Assembly (NCBI GenBank): GCA_046484865.1
Contig: JAWOID010000148.1
Location: 1 to 23,070, forward strand
Direction: 5' to 3'
Length of the DNA stretch: 23,070 bases
From: Candidatus Krumholzibacteriia bacterium
GTDB taxonomy: Bacteria; Krumholzibacteriota; Krumholzibacteriia; LZORAL124-64-63
Each line of letters starts with the position of its first letter. The stretch's first letter is position 1. The notes beneath the pieces are model-generated. The model saw only the letters and a program-made list of their open reading frames with translations, searched no databases and had not been told where the DNA came from. Made by a program: the position numbers and the translations under genes. Of the stretch, positions 1 to 10,676 are shown piece by piece.

Positions 1-1
1 G

Positions 2-112
2 ATGGCGTGCGGAACACCGGTGATTGCCTCACGGGTGGGCGGACTGGCGCATTTGATCCAGGATGGCGAAACCGGCTACTTTGTTCCTTCACAAGATCCA
101 GAAGCCCTGGCC
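2..112 (+). pseudogene. Fragment of a GT4 (Glycos_transf_1) glycosyltransferase C-terminal domain; partial at the window edge and broken near base 112
   Basis: MACGTPVIASRVGGLAHLIQDGETGYFVPSQDPEALA is the classic GT4 motif. After about 112 the frame runs into GC-rich sequence with no GT-like C-terminal helix. 16 of the first 37 codons end in A/T, unlike the other genes. Confidence 0.75.
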
Positions 113-158
113 GCTGCCGTACCCCACGCGAGCCCGGCGCTGGAGCGGCGAGGACTGA
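102..158 (+). CDS. Possible 3' tail of a different, native gene (KPWPLPYPTRARRWSGED-stop, frame 3)
   Basis: Nearly all codons end in G/C, TGA at 156-158, and a perfect 13-bp hairpin starts at 168. Confidence 0.35.
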   Translation, partial: KPWPLPYPTRARRWSGED

Positions 159-167
159 CGCGCCACC

Positions 168-198
168 CCGCCGCGGCGGCTTCCGGCCGCCGCGGCGG
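168..198 (+). terminator. GC-rich hairpin, terminator-like
   Basis: CCGCCGCGGCGGC (168-180) pairs perfectly with GCCGCCGCGGCGG (186-198), loop TTCCG. No U-tract. Confidence 0.45.
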
Positions 199-430
199 CG
201 GCAGCCCCGGGTTGCCCCTTGCCCAGCGCGCCACCGGGGCGTTTTCGGGTCGTTTCCGCCTCTGGGTGCGACTTTCCGGCACGAGGAGCGGAACTTCAGA
301 CGCTCGCAGGATTCAAGACCGAAAATTCTCCTGGATTCCCCCTGGCCGGGGGGACAGATTTGAATTGTAATGGAAGTGTCACGTCGCGCAGCAGCGGCGG
401 ACCTGGTCATACCCCGAGGAGAGTGAAGCC

Positions 431-841
431 ATGCGGAAGATCGTCCTGACCCTCGCGTCGAGCGCCATCATCCTCTCGAGCTTCCTGGTGGCCTTTGCCC
501 AGGAGTTGCCGGAGACGGTCGTCCTCGACGCCTGCGCGGACAAGCGGGCGCCGGTGACCTTCCCGCACCAGGCGCACGTCGAGTTGACGGAGTGCACCAC
601 CTGCCATCATACCAGCGAGGGCCTGACGGCGGAGAACTGCGCGGAGATGGAGGTCATGACCTGCACGTCGTGCCACCTGAAGCCCGAGGAAGGCGTGCCG
701 GACTGCTCGTCCATGAGCCTGACCAAGAACGCCTATCACATCAACTGCGTCGGCTGCCACAAGGAGTCGATCAAGGCGGCACCCGAGGGGACCACGGTCG
801 CTGCGCCGACCAAGTGCGACGAGTGCCACCCCAAGAGCTAG
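431..841 (+). CDS. Periplasmic tetraheme cytochrome c3 (class III cytochrome c)
   Basis: Signal peptide ending AFA-Q; FPHQAH motif; four CxxCH motifs (CTTCHH, CTSCH, CVGCH, CDECH); 8 His in total, fitting four bis-His hemes; RBS GAGGAG upstream. Confidence 0.92.
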   Translation: MRKIVLTLASSAIILSSFLVAFAQELPETVVLDACADKRAPVTFPHQAHVELTECTTCHHTSEGLTAENCAEMEVMTCTSCHLKPEEGVPDCSSMSLTKNAYHINCVGCHKESIKAAPEGTTVAAPTKCDECHPKS

Positions 842-873
842 GCTCAGTCGGAGAGTTCTCAGACAGAGCCTGG
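838..873. repeat. Imperfect palindrome overlapping the cytochrome stop codon
   Basis: AGGCTCAGTCGGAGAG (840-855) versus TTCTCAGACAGAGCCT (856-871): 13 of 16 positions complementary. Confidence 0.6.
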
Positions 874-907
874 TCCCGCCTGCGCGAGCGATGCGCTCGA
901 TGAGCCA

Positions 908-941
908 CAGAGGGGCTGCACGCCACCGTGCAGCCCCTCTG
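908..941. terminator. Perfect 15-bp hairpin between the cytochrome c3 gene and acnA
   Basis: CAGAGGGGCTGCACG-ccac-CGTGCAGCCCCTCTG. No U-tract, so terminator function is uncertain. Confidence 0.55.
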
Positions 942-1032
942 CGTCCGCGCCCTTCCGCACTGGCGGGACGCCGGCGCCGTGGGCAACTTGTGGCCACTCC
1001 GAGCGAACTCTGGAACCAGCGAGGTGGACACC

Positions 1033-3999
<2,967 letters not shown>

Positions 4000-4011
<12 letters not shown>

Positions 4012-4366
4012 AGAATGTTTCCGGCCCCGGTCGTGCAATCCGGGTGGCATGGACTACCACGAACTCGACGATCCCCGCTGGCCACGGTCCCACTGTCCGT
4101 CTGTTAGTTGCAAGCATCACAGCCACTTGCAGCCGGGCTGGCGGTTCAAGCACCTGGGTTCGTATCTCCGCCTCGCCGAACCCAGGCGTATCCGCAGGTT
4201 CCGCTGCCTGCACTGCGGCGTCACCTTCAGTTCACAGTCAGTACTCCTGGGAGGAGGTCAGGACGCGGGTGCTGAAGGTGAACCGGCACCACGACTTGAA
4301 GTACGCGGCGTGAACGGACAGCTCGGCATCATGGCCAGGAGCCGGAAACAATTTGCGTGGAATAAC
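4000..4366 (+). mobile_element. Non-autonomous, internally deleted IS-like element (MITE-like)
   Basis: Terminal inverted repeats 4000-4025 (GTTATTCCATGAAGAATGTTTCCGGC) and 4341-4366 (reverse complement GTTATTCCACGCAAATTGTTTCCGGC) match at 22/26. The element is more AT-rich than its flanks and encloses a zinc-ribbon ORF fragment. Confidence 0.75.
4049..4313 (+). pseudogene. Transposase remnant: InsA-like zinc-ribbon N-terminus joined out of frame to a short C-terminal piece
   Basis: Frame 2 reads HCPSVSC...RRFRCLHCGVTFSSQ up to 4237. Frame 3 reads QYSWEEVRTRVLKVNRHHDLKYAA-stop from 4239 to 4313. The junction sits at CAGTCAGT. No room for a DDE core. Confidence 0.65.
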
Positions 4367-4400
4367 ACTGACCAAGCCGGAACGGGGCAGCGGGGCCCGT

Positions 4401-5189
4401 CTACCAGTACTTCTCGTACTGCATGCTGCCGGCGGACTCGTGACTGCGTAGCTCGAAGCCGCGCGCGGCCAGCTCGGCGCTCGTGCTCTGGATCATCTCG
4501 GGATGACCGCAGAGGAAGACGTAGCAGCGGTCGGGTCGGAGATCGGTCCCGGTGAGTTCGCGGAAGGCGGCGGGCTGCAGGACGTCTTGCACTCGTCCGC
4601 GCAGCCCTGGCCAGAGGGAGTCGGCGGGTTCGCGGGTGACCGTGGGCAGGTAGAGGATGGACGGATCTTCGCGACGGGCCGTTTCGATCTCCTCCCGGTA
4701 GCCGAGATCGCGCTCGCGACGGGCACCGTGGATGAGGATGAATCGCCGCCAGCGTCCCTGGCCACGGTGGGTCCGCAGCATCGATACGTAGGGAGCGACA
4801 CCGGTGCCGGTGGCAACGAGCACCAGATCGATGTCCGCGGGTACCCCCTCCAGGGTGAAGCGCCCGCGGGCCCTGGAGTCCAGCCATACCCGTCCGCCCT
4901 CGGGCACGTCGAAGAGACCCGGCGTGAGCCGCCCCTCCCGCACGCGCACGATGTAAAACTCCATCACGTCCCGCTCGGCCGGAGACGAGGCCACCGAGTA
5001 GGGACGCCGGACCAGGTGCGGCTTGCCGAGGGCGTGCTCCGCGCCGCGTTTCGGCAGACCGACGAGGGCGTACTGGCCGGGCAGGAAACCGGCGACCTCG
5101 CCGGAGTCGGGCTTCACGCGCACGATGGCGAGATCGGAGTCGATGTCCTGTCGGGAGACGATCGTGGCATTGTAGGCGTCGTTGTTCAT
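4401..5189 (-). CDS. fpr: Ferredoxin/flavodoxin--NADP+ reductase
   Basis: RRPYSVASSP (FAD binding), GRLTP, LVATGTGVAPYVSM, FLCGHPEMI and C-terminal EKYW. ATG 5189 preferred over TTG 5207. Confidence 0.92.
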   Translation of the reverse strand: MNNDAYNATIVSRQDIDSDLAIVRVKPDSGEVAGFLPGQYALVGLPKRGAEHALGKPHLVRRPYSVASSPAERDVMEFYIVRVREGRLTPGLFDVPEGGRVWLDSRARGRFTLEGVPADIDLVLVATGTGVAPYVSMLRTHRGQGRWRRFILIHGARRERDLGYREEIETARREDPSILYLPTVTREPADSLWPGLRGRVQDVLQPAAFRELTGTDLRPDRCYVFLCGHPEMIQSTSAELAARGFELRSHESAGSMQYEKYW

Positions 5190-5205
5190 GTCGTTCCGGG
5201 AGGCC

Positions 5206-5233
5206 AAGATAGTTGTGTGCCACGGAGGCGCAA
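5206..5233 (-). promoter_or_regulatory. Putative sigma70 promoter of fpr
   Basis: Minus strand TTGCGC-N16-TATCTT, 16 nt before ATG 5189. Confidence 0.35.
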
Positions 5234-5449
5234 CTCTATGGCGGGACCCCTGGGGTACTCTGCCGGGCCCCGGGAATGCCGGCGGTCCGCCGCAGGCGTC
5301 GACCGTCCTGCTCTCCCGCCGCGACCCGGATACGCTGGCGGGCGGCGCCGTCTCGCTCTAGCATTCGGCCATGCCCGCCGCCGGGAGCGTTTCGCGGCGT
5401 CCGGCCCTCAGGGCGGCGGCGGCTCGCTCATCAGCGTCGGGAGGGGTCC

Positions 5450-6280
5450 ATGACGGTTCGATGCGGACGGGAAGACCGGCGCGCGCTGGCGGCGTGGCGC
5501 GCGCTGAGGGGATGGCGCGGGCAGCCGGCATGGCTGCTGCTGCTGCCGGCATGGCTGCTGGCGCTGGCGGGGACCTGGACCCCCAGCGCGGCCATGTCCG
5601 CATCGACCCTGTGGTTCGAGGTGGAGTCCGGCGCGGTTTGGCAGGGACGCAACGACGTGGCCGTCCCCAACGAGACGGGCACGCGATTCGCGCTGGACGC
5701 GATCACGAGTTCCGGGCCTTACCTCGCCAGCCGGCTCTCGGTCGGCTGGCGGCCGGGTGCCCGGCACGAGTTGCGGGGGTTGTTCGCGCCGCTGGAGGTG
5801 AGCGGGACCGGGGCATTCGACCGACCCGTGCTCTTCGATGGCGCCACCTTCGAGCCGGGCGTGTCGACGAACGGCACCTACCGGTTCGACTCCTACCGGC
5901 TCACGTATCGCTACCTGCTGCACGGGGGCGAGAGATGGGAATGGCGCGCGGGGGTCACCGCCAAGCTCCGCTCCGCCGAGGTGACGCTGGTGCAGGGCGA
6001 CCTGCACCGCACCTACGACGACCTGGGCGTGGTGCCGCTGCTCCATCTCGCCGTGATCTGGAAGTTCTCCGAGTACGGGCGGCTGCGCCTGGATGCCGAC
6101 GCCGCGGCCGCCTCGCAGGGGCGCGCGGTGGACGCCGCGATCCGGCTCGAGCGGCGGCTCGCGCAGCGTGTCCACGTGGGCGCGGGCTACCGTGTCCTCG
6201 AGGGGGGGGCGGACGTCAGCGAGACGTACGCCTTCGGGCTCTTCCACTACGCGGTGCTGTCGCTGGCGGTGGGCCTCTGA
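5450..6280 (+). CDS. Exported protein, probable small outer-membrane beta-barrel of unknown function
   Basis: RBS GGAGGGG before ATG 5450; hydrophobic signal-like segment; alternating amphipathic strands (YRFDSYRLTYRY, LRLDADA, VHVGAGYRVLEGGAD). Confidence 0.75.
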   Translation: MTVRCGREDRRALAAWRALRGWRGQPAWLLLLPAWLLALAGTWTPSAAMSASTLWFEVESGAVWQGRNDVAVPNETGTRFALDAITSSGPYLASRLSVGWRPGARHELRGLFAPLEVSGTGAFDRPVLFDGATFEPGVSTNGTYRFDSYRLTYRYLLHGGERWEWRAGVTAKLRSAEVTLVQGDLHRTYDDLGVVPLLHLAVIWKFSEYGRLRLDADAAAASQGRAVDAAIRLERRLAQRVHVGAGYRVLEGGADVSETYAFGLFHYAVLSLAVGL

Positions 6281-6292
6281 GAGAGCCGAACG

Positions 6293-6346
6293 GGTGCTGG
6301 CGGTCGGACCGGTGCTGGCGGCCGGGCCGGTGCCGGCGGCCGGGCC
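6293..6346. repeat. 18-bp tandem repeat, 3 copies
   Basis: GGTGCTGGCGGTCGGACC / GGTGCTGGCGGCCGGGCC / GGTGCCGGCGGCCGGGCC. Confidence 0.85.
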
Positions 6347-6364
6347 GTCGCGTGCGCCTGGACC

Positions 6365-6470
6365 GGTGAGTCCGGCCTGCGGGTGGGTGGCCGCCTGCGG
6401 GTGGGTGGCCGCCTGCGGTGAGTGGCCGCCTGCGGGTGGGCGGCCGGCCTGCGGGTGGGTGGCCGCCTGC
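6365..6470. repeat. G-rich tandem repeat of about 18 bp, 6 copies (VNTR)
   Basis: Consensus GGGTGGGTGGCCGCCTGC; exact copies at 6381, 6399 and 6453; variants of 16, 17 and 19 bp at 6365, 6417 and 6434. Confidence 0.92.
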
Positions 6471-6492
6471 GGTGCGCGGTTGCGCGCGCGCC

Positions 6493-6522
6493 TTGACGCC
6501 ACCGCCGCCGGAGACCGATACT
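6493..6522 (+). promoter_or_regulatory. Putative sigma70 promoter of the O-antigen ligase-like gene
   Basis: TTGACG-N18-GATACT, ending 51 nt upstream of ATG 6574. Confidence 0.45.
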
Positions 6523-6573
6523 TGCCCGCGCGGTCGAGCCGTCCCCGTTCGCCATCCTGCCGGAAGCGTCGAC

Positions 6574-7881
6574 ATGGAGTCCATCCGCACGCGCGCGGTG
6601 CCCTGGCTGCTGGGTTTCTTCCTGGTGGCGAACACCTTCCTGGTGCCGAATCTGTCCTGGTCGCCACGCGCCACGGACCTTATCGGGCTGCTGCTGGCGG
6701 TGTGGCTGCTGCATCGCGCCGCGGTGCGGGGGCTGCCGGCGGCGCCCCTGGCGGTGCTGGCGGTGGCTAACCTGCTGCCGCTGGTGTGGCTGGTGCTCGG
6801 ACTCCTGGATCGCGAGACCGAGACGGTGACGCAAGCGGTTCGCTGGCTGGTGGCGGTGCCCTGGGCCATGACCCTGCTCCTGGTGCTGGCCGAAGCGGGG
6901 GCGCGGCGCCGCTTCCTGTGGGGACTGCTGGCCGGCTGCCTGGTCAATGCGGCGGTCGTGGTGCTGCAGTTCGCGGGATTCGACCCGTACCTGCGCCTGA
7001 TCGGCTTCTCGACCGGCGATTCCGCCTTCCACCACTACGTCTACCACCAGGTGCGGATTCCGGGGTTGCACGGCCATCATAACGCCAGCTCGGCCGTGAT
7101 CAGCCTGCTCGTACCGGTCAGCCTCTACCTCTACTTCCGCCGCGAGGTCCGGCTGTGGGTGCCGGCGCTGGGTCTGCTGCTGATGTTCGTGGCCCTGCAT
7201 CTCACGTCCACGCGGTCGCCGCTGGTGGTGGCGTTCGTCACCCTGGGCCTCGCGATCCTGCTGGCCCGGGAGGTGACGCGCGCTGCGGCGTTCGTCACGC
7301 TGCTGCTGGCGGTGGGGATCTTGTTCCTCGCCGTGATGGGCCCGCCGGGAGGGGCCGTACGCTGGGGCGATCTGCTGGCGATCGAGGCGAATGCCGGCGA
7401 GCGCGTCGAGAGCAATCGACTTGCGCTGGAGCTCTCGGCGAGCCACCCGTTCGGCCTGGGCGTGCAGCGCGGCAAAGAGGAGATGGTGGAGGCCTCGACG
7501 ATCGAGGCCACCCACAACGCGCTGCTGCAGGCGAGTCTCTTCTTCGGCGGGCTGCTGGCGCTCGTCGTGCTGGCGGCGTTGCTCTACCACGTGCTGCGGC
7601 TGCTGCAAGGCGCGCGCAGCGCCGGATTCCTGGCGGGCCTGCTGGCGGTGCACCTGCTCGGGCTCTTCATGTTCGAGGAGCACCTGAGCAATCCGACCTT
7701 CGTGATCCTCGCGAGCTGGCTGGTGGCGTCGGCGGCCGCCCGGTGGGGCCGCCGCCCCGAGGACGCCGCGGAGGTGGCGGCGATGGTCACGCCGCCACAG
7801 GAGCCGGCACCCACCGGCGGAGACGAGCCGGAGGCGGCCGAGCGGCCCGGCGTCCTCGTCTCCGGAGGCGGACGCCGGTGA
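6574..7881 (+). CDS. O-antigen ligase/polymerase family (WaaL/Wzy-like) membrane protein
   Basis: Many hydrophobic helices plus family motifs RIPGLHGHHN, TSTRS, HPFGLG and THNALLQ. Start at ATG 6574 is inferred. Confidence 0.78.
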   Translation: MESIRTRAVPWLLGFFLVANTFLVPNLSWSPRATDLIGLLLAVWLLHRAAVRGLPAAPLAVLAVANLLPLVWLVLGLLDRETETVTQAVRWLVAVPWAMTLLLVLAEAGARRRFLWGLLAGCLVNAAVVVLQFAGFDPYLRLIGFSTGDSAFHHYVYHQVRIPGLHGHHNASSAVISLLVPVSLYLYFRREVRLWVPALGLLLMFVALHLTSTRSPLVVAFVTLGLAILLAREVTRAAAFVTLLLAVGILFLAVMGPPGGAVRWGDLLAIEANAGERVESNRLALELSASHPFGLGVQRGKEEMVEASTIEATHNALLQASLFFGGLLALVVLAALLYHVLRLLQGARSAGFLAGLLAVHLLGLFMFEEHLSNPTFVILASWLVASAAARWGRRPEDAAEVAAMVTPPQEPAPTGGDEPEAAERPGVLVSGGGRR

Positions 7882-7892
7882 ACGCGGGCGCC

Positions 7893-7932
7893 GCGCGGCG
7901 ACCGGCAGGCGCGGCGACCGGCGGGCGCGGCG
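7893..7932. repeat. 16-bp tandem repeat, 2.5 copies
   Basis: GCGCGGCGACCGGCAG / GCGCGGCGACCGGCGG / GCGCGGCG. Confidence 0.7.
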
Positions 7933-7978
7933 CCTCGAGACGGCCGCTCATGACCGGCCGGTCGTGCCGGCGATCGAA

Positions 7979-9724
7979 CTAGTACTGCGCCGCCGCCGCC
8001 CGGGCACGCAGCGCGTCCAGCGTCAGCCGCGTCTCCTGCCGCAGCTGGCGATAGAATCCCCAGCGGAGCGCCGCCGCCACCGGAGCGTCGGCTTCATCCT
8101 TGTTCAGCATCGACTGCAGCAAGGACCGCTGCTCGGGCAGGTGCACCAGCCGAAGAGGGCGATCCTCCGGGATCTCCGCCAGCTCGGCGGCCAGCCGCAC
8201 CGCGTCCTGGAAGGTGCCGAGTTCGTCCACCAGACCGTTGCCGGCGGCCTGCTTGCCGGTCCACACGCGTCCGTGGGCCAGCTTCTCGGCCTGGGCGAAC
8301 TCCATCCCGCGACGGCTGGCGACATCTGCGAGCCACTCATTGAAGCCCTGCCAGTGCGATTCCTCGTAACGCTGCCACTCCTCGGGGGTGGGATCGCGGT
8401 AGTCGCCGCCGTAGAGCGCCATCGGGCCGAGGGTCACGTGGTCCTTGGTGATGCCCAGCCGGTCGTACAGGCCGCGCAGGTTGAAGAAGCCGCTGATCGA
8501 TCCGATGGATCCGGTCACCGTGAGCGGCGAGGCCATCACCCGGGTGCCCTTGTAGGCGATCATGTAGCCTCCCGAGGCGGCCACGTCCACCATCGACACC
8601 ACCACCGGTTTGACCTCGGCGAGCAGCGAAACCTCATGGGCGATCAGGTCGCTGGCCAGCGCCTCGCCGCCGCCGGAATCGACGCGGAAGACCACCGCCT
8701 CCACGTCCTCGTCGAGCCGAGCCCGCCGCAGATCCGCCACCACCGATTCGTGTCCCATCATCACGCCGAGCAACGGATCCACCCGGTTGTTCCGTCCGCC
8801 GATCATGCCCTGGGCATGCACCACCGCCACCACGGACTTGCCTTTCGGCGCGACCGAACTCCACTTCACCTTGCGGTAGACGGCCAGATCGACCGTGCGC
8901 AGGGCCGGGTCGTCGGCGCCCTTCAGCCGCCGCTCGAGGTCCTGCCAGTAGAGCACGCCGTCCAGCAGACCCGCCGCGGCGGCCTCGCCTGGCTGCAGCG
9001 AGGCACGTTCCATGAGCGCTACCAGGTCCGCCTCGGTGAGGTTCCGTTCGGCAGCGAGCGTGGGGACGACCTCGTCCCAGATCCCCTGCATGAGCCAGGT
9101 CCGGTTCTCGCGCGCGGTCTCGCTCATCTCCGTCTCCAGGATCATCTCCGCCGCGGCCTTGTAATCCTTGATCTTGGATAAGTGAGGAACCACGCCCAGC
9201 TTGGCCAGCGCCGCGCGCAGGTGCATGCTCTCGGCGGCCATGCCCCGCACCTCGACGTAGGCCGACGGGGGAGCGAACACGGAATCGCAGGCGGCAGCCA
9301 GGTAGCAGGTGCGCAGATTGTAGGTGTCGCCCCAGGCGAGGACCGGCTTGCCCGCGGCGCGCACGGCCGCGGTAGCGGCCCGCATCTCCTGGAGCTTGGC
9401 CCAGCCGGCATCGTGCGAGGCGGACAGTCGCCAGATCACGCCGTCGATGCGCTCGTCACGAGCGGCCTTGCCGAGGGCGTCGAGGATGGTCTGCAACGCG
9501 AGACCGTCACGGCCCATCACCTGACCGACCACGCCGCCTGGCGGGTCGTACTCGGAGACCGAGCCGTAGAGATCCACGACCAGCCAGGATCGCTTCTCGA
9601 TATCCGGACCGCGACCGCTGACCAGGGCGGCCACGCCGCCGGCGAGACCGGCGATGATGACGATGGTCAGGACCGTGAGCGCGAGCGAGCGCAGGAGCTG
9701 GCGACCGAAGCTGGCGGCGGCCAT
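7979..9724 (-). CDS. sppA: Signal peptide peptidase SppA (protease IV, long two-domain S49 type)
   Basis: N-terminal membrane anchor; YLAAACD; YKAAAE (catalytic Lys); [20 protein letters not shown] (catalytic Ser); TGSIG; GRVWTG; RBS GGGAGGG. Confidence 0.93.
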   Translation of the reverse strand: MAAASFGRQLLRSLALTVLTIVIIAGLAGGVAALVSGRGPDIEKRSWLVVDLYGSVSEYDPPGGVVGQVMGRDGLALQTILDALGKAARDERIDGVIWRLSASHDAGWAKLQEMRAATAAVRAAGKPVLAWGDTYNLRTCYLAAACDSVFAPPSAYVEVRGMAAESMHLRAALAKLGVVPHLSKIKDYKAAAEMILETEMSETARENRTWLMQGIWDEVVPTLAAERNLTEADLVALMERASLQPGEAAAAGLLDGVLYWQDLERRLKGADDPALRTVDLAVYRKVKWSSVAPKGKSVVAVVHAQGMIGGRNNRVDPLLGVMMGHESVVADLRRARLDEDVEAVVFRVDSGGGEALASDLIAHEVSLLAEVKPVVVSMVDVAASGGYMIAYKGTRVMASPLTVTGSIGSISGFFNLRGLYDRLGITKDHVTLGPMALYGGDYRDPTPEEWQRYEESHWQGFNEWLADVASRRGMEFAQAEKLAHGRVWTGKQAAGNGLVDELGTFQDAVRLAAELAEIPEDRPLRLVHLPEQRSLLQSMLNKDEADAPVAAALRWGFYRQLRQETRLTLDALRARAAAAQY

Positions 9725-9774
9725 GGTATCCCTCCCTGAAGGTGGTCGTTGCGATGCCAGGCCAGAAGACGCAG

Positions 9775-9852
9775 GCCGGCTGCCGAGGGTTGCAGGAGGC
9801 AGTCTAGCACGCCGGCTGCCGAGCGATGCAGGAGACAGGCTAGCACGCCGGC
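9775..9852. repeat. 36-bp direct tandem duplication upstream of sppA
   Basis: 9775-9810 and 9811-9846 are identical at 32/36 positions, followed by a further GCCGGC. No spacer between copies. Confidence 0.88.
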
Positions 9853-9901
9853 CCCTGTCTCTGAAGACGAGAACGAGCTCTCCCGTCGCCTCGCACGACC
9901 A

Positions 9902-10633
9902 TCACGGCAGCGGTCCGAACGCAGCCCACGCGGCCGGCGGCGCGGCTGTGACGGTCTGATCGCGCTCGGTCGTGGGATCGCGGAATCCGAGCAGCCGGGC
10001 ATGCAGGGCGATGGCGCGGAGCCGCTCGTCCGCGTGTTGCTCGCCGAAGGGGTGGGTGGAGCCGTACTGGCTGTCGCCGAGCACGGCGTGGCCCCGCCCG
10101 GCGGCCTGCACGCGAATCTGGTGGGTGCGGCCGGTCTCGAGCGTGACCTCCAGCCAGGACGCCGCGCCGGCGGGCAGGGCGAGCGACCGCAGCGTCCGGT
10201 AGTGCAGGACCGCGCGGCGGGCGTCTGGACGGTCGGCGGCGACGACCTCTGCCCGGGGCTCGCCCGGGATCTTGCGCACGTGGTCCTCCCAGGAGCCGTC
10301 CGGCGGCTCGGGGAGCCCCGCCACGCAGACCCAGTAGCGTTTCTCGACGTAACGCTTCTCGAACTGACGGGCGAGCTTGCGCACGGCCTTGCGGCTCAGA
10401 CCCACCAGCAGGGCGCCCGACGCCGGCCGGTCGAGGCGGTGAACCATCTTCACGGCGTCCGGGGCGGCACCGCCGGACCGGGCGACACCGCCGGCTCGAC
10501 GGATCAGGAAGGCGTGCAGACGGGCTTCGAGGCTGTCGACGCCCGGGGGCGCCTGGGTGAGCAGGCCCGGCGGCTTGCCGAGCACCAGGCAGGGTCCGTT
10601 CTCGTAGAGGAGCTCGAAGCCCGGGTCGGCCAT
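9902..10633 (-). CDS. RluA-family RNA pseudouridine synthase
   Basis: KPPGLLTQ, VHRLDRPASG (catalytic Asp), VEKRY, LETGRTHQIRVQ, GHAVLGDSQYG, LHA. No S4 domain. RBS GGAGAGG before ATG 10633. Confidence 0.93.
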   Translation of the reverse strand: MADPGFELLYENGPCLVLGKPPGLLTQAPPGVDSLEARLHAFLIRRAGGVARSGGAAPDAVKMVHRLDRPASGALLVGLSRKAVRKLARQFEKRYVEKRYWVCVAGLPEPPDGSWEDHVRKIPGEPRAEVVAADRPDARRAVLHYRTLRSLALPAGAASWLEVTLETGRTHQIRVQAAGRGHAVLGDSQYGSTHPFGEQHADERLRAIALHARLLGFRDPTTERDQTVTAAPPAAWAAFGPLP

Positions 10634-10676
10634 GACCTCTCCGTGCCGGACGCCTCTTCCCCGGCACGTCCGGTGG

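Noticed and set aside
842..1032. Iron-responsive element upstream of acnA
   Set aside because: None of the hairpins has a CAGUG loop with a bulged C.
4230..4245. Programmed frameshift joining the two transposase pieces, as in IS1 insA-insB
   Set aside because: No A6C-type slippery site, and the downstream frame has only 24 codons, too short for a catalytic domain. Internal deletion fits better.
5207..5222. Sigma54 promoter for fpr (TGGCAC on the minus strand)
   Set aside because: The -12 position reads TC rather than the near-invariant GC.
5265..5345. GGGAATGCCGG... as a cobalamin riboswitch upstream of the beta-barrel gene
   Set aside because: Only the GGGAA seed matches. The GCAACTGT/GCCACTG and B12-box elements are not evident. 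An Rfam scan would settle it.
9775..9852. 36-bp repeats as a CRISPR array
   Set aside because: The copies abut with no spacers, there are only two, and no cas genes are present.
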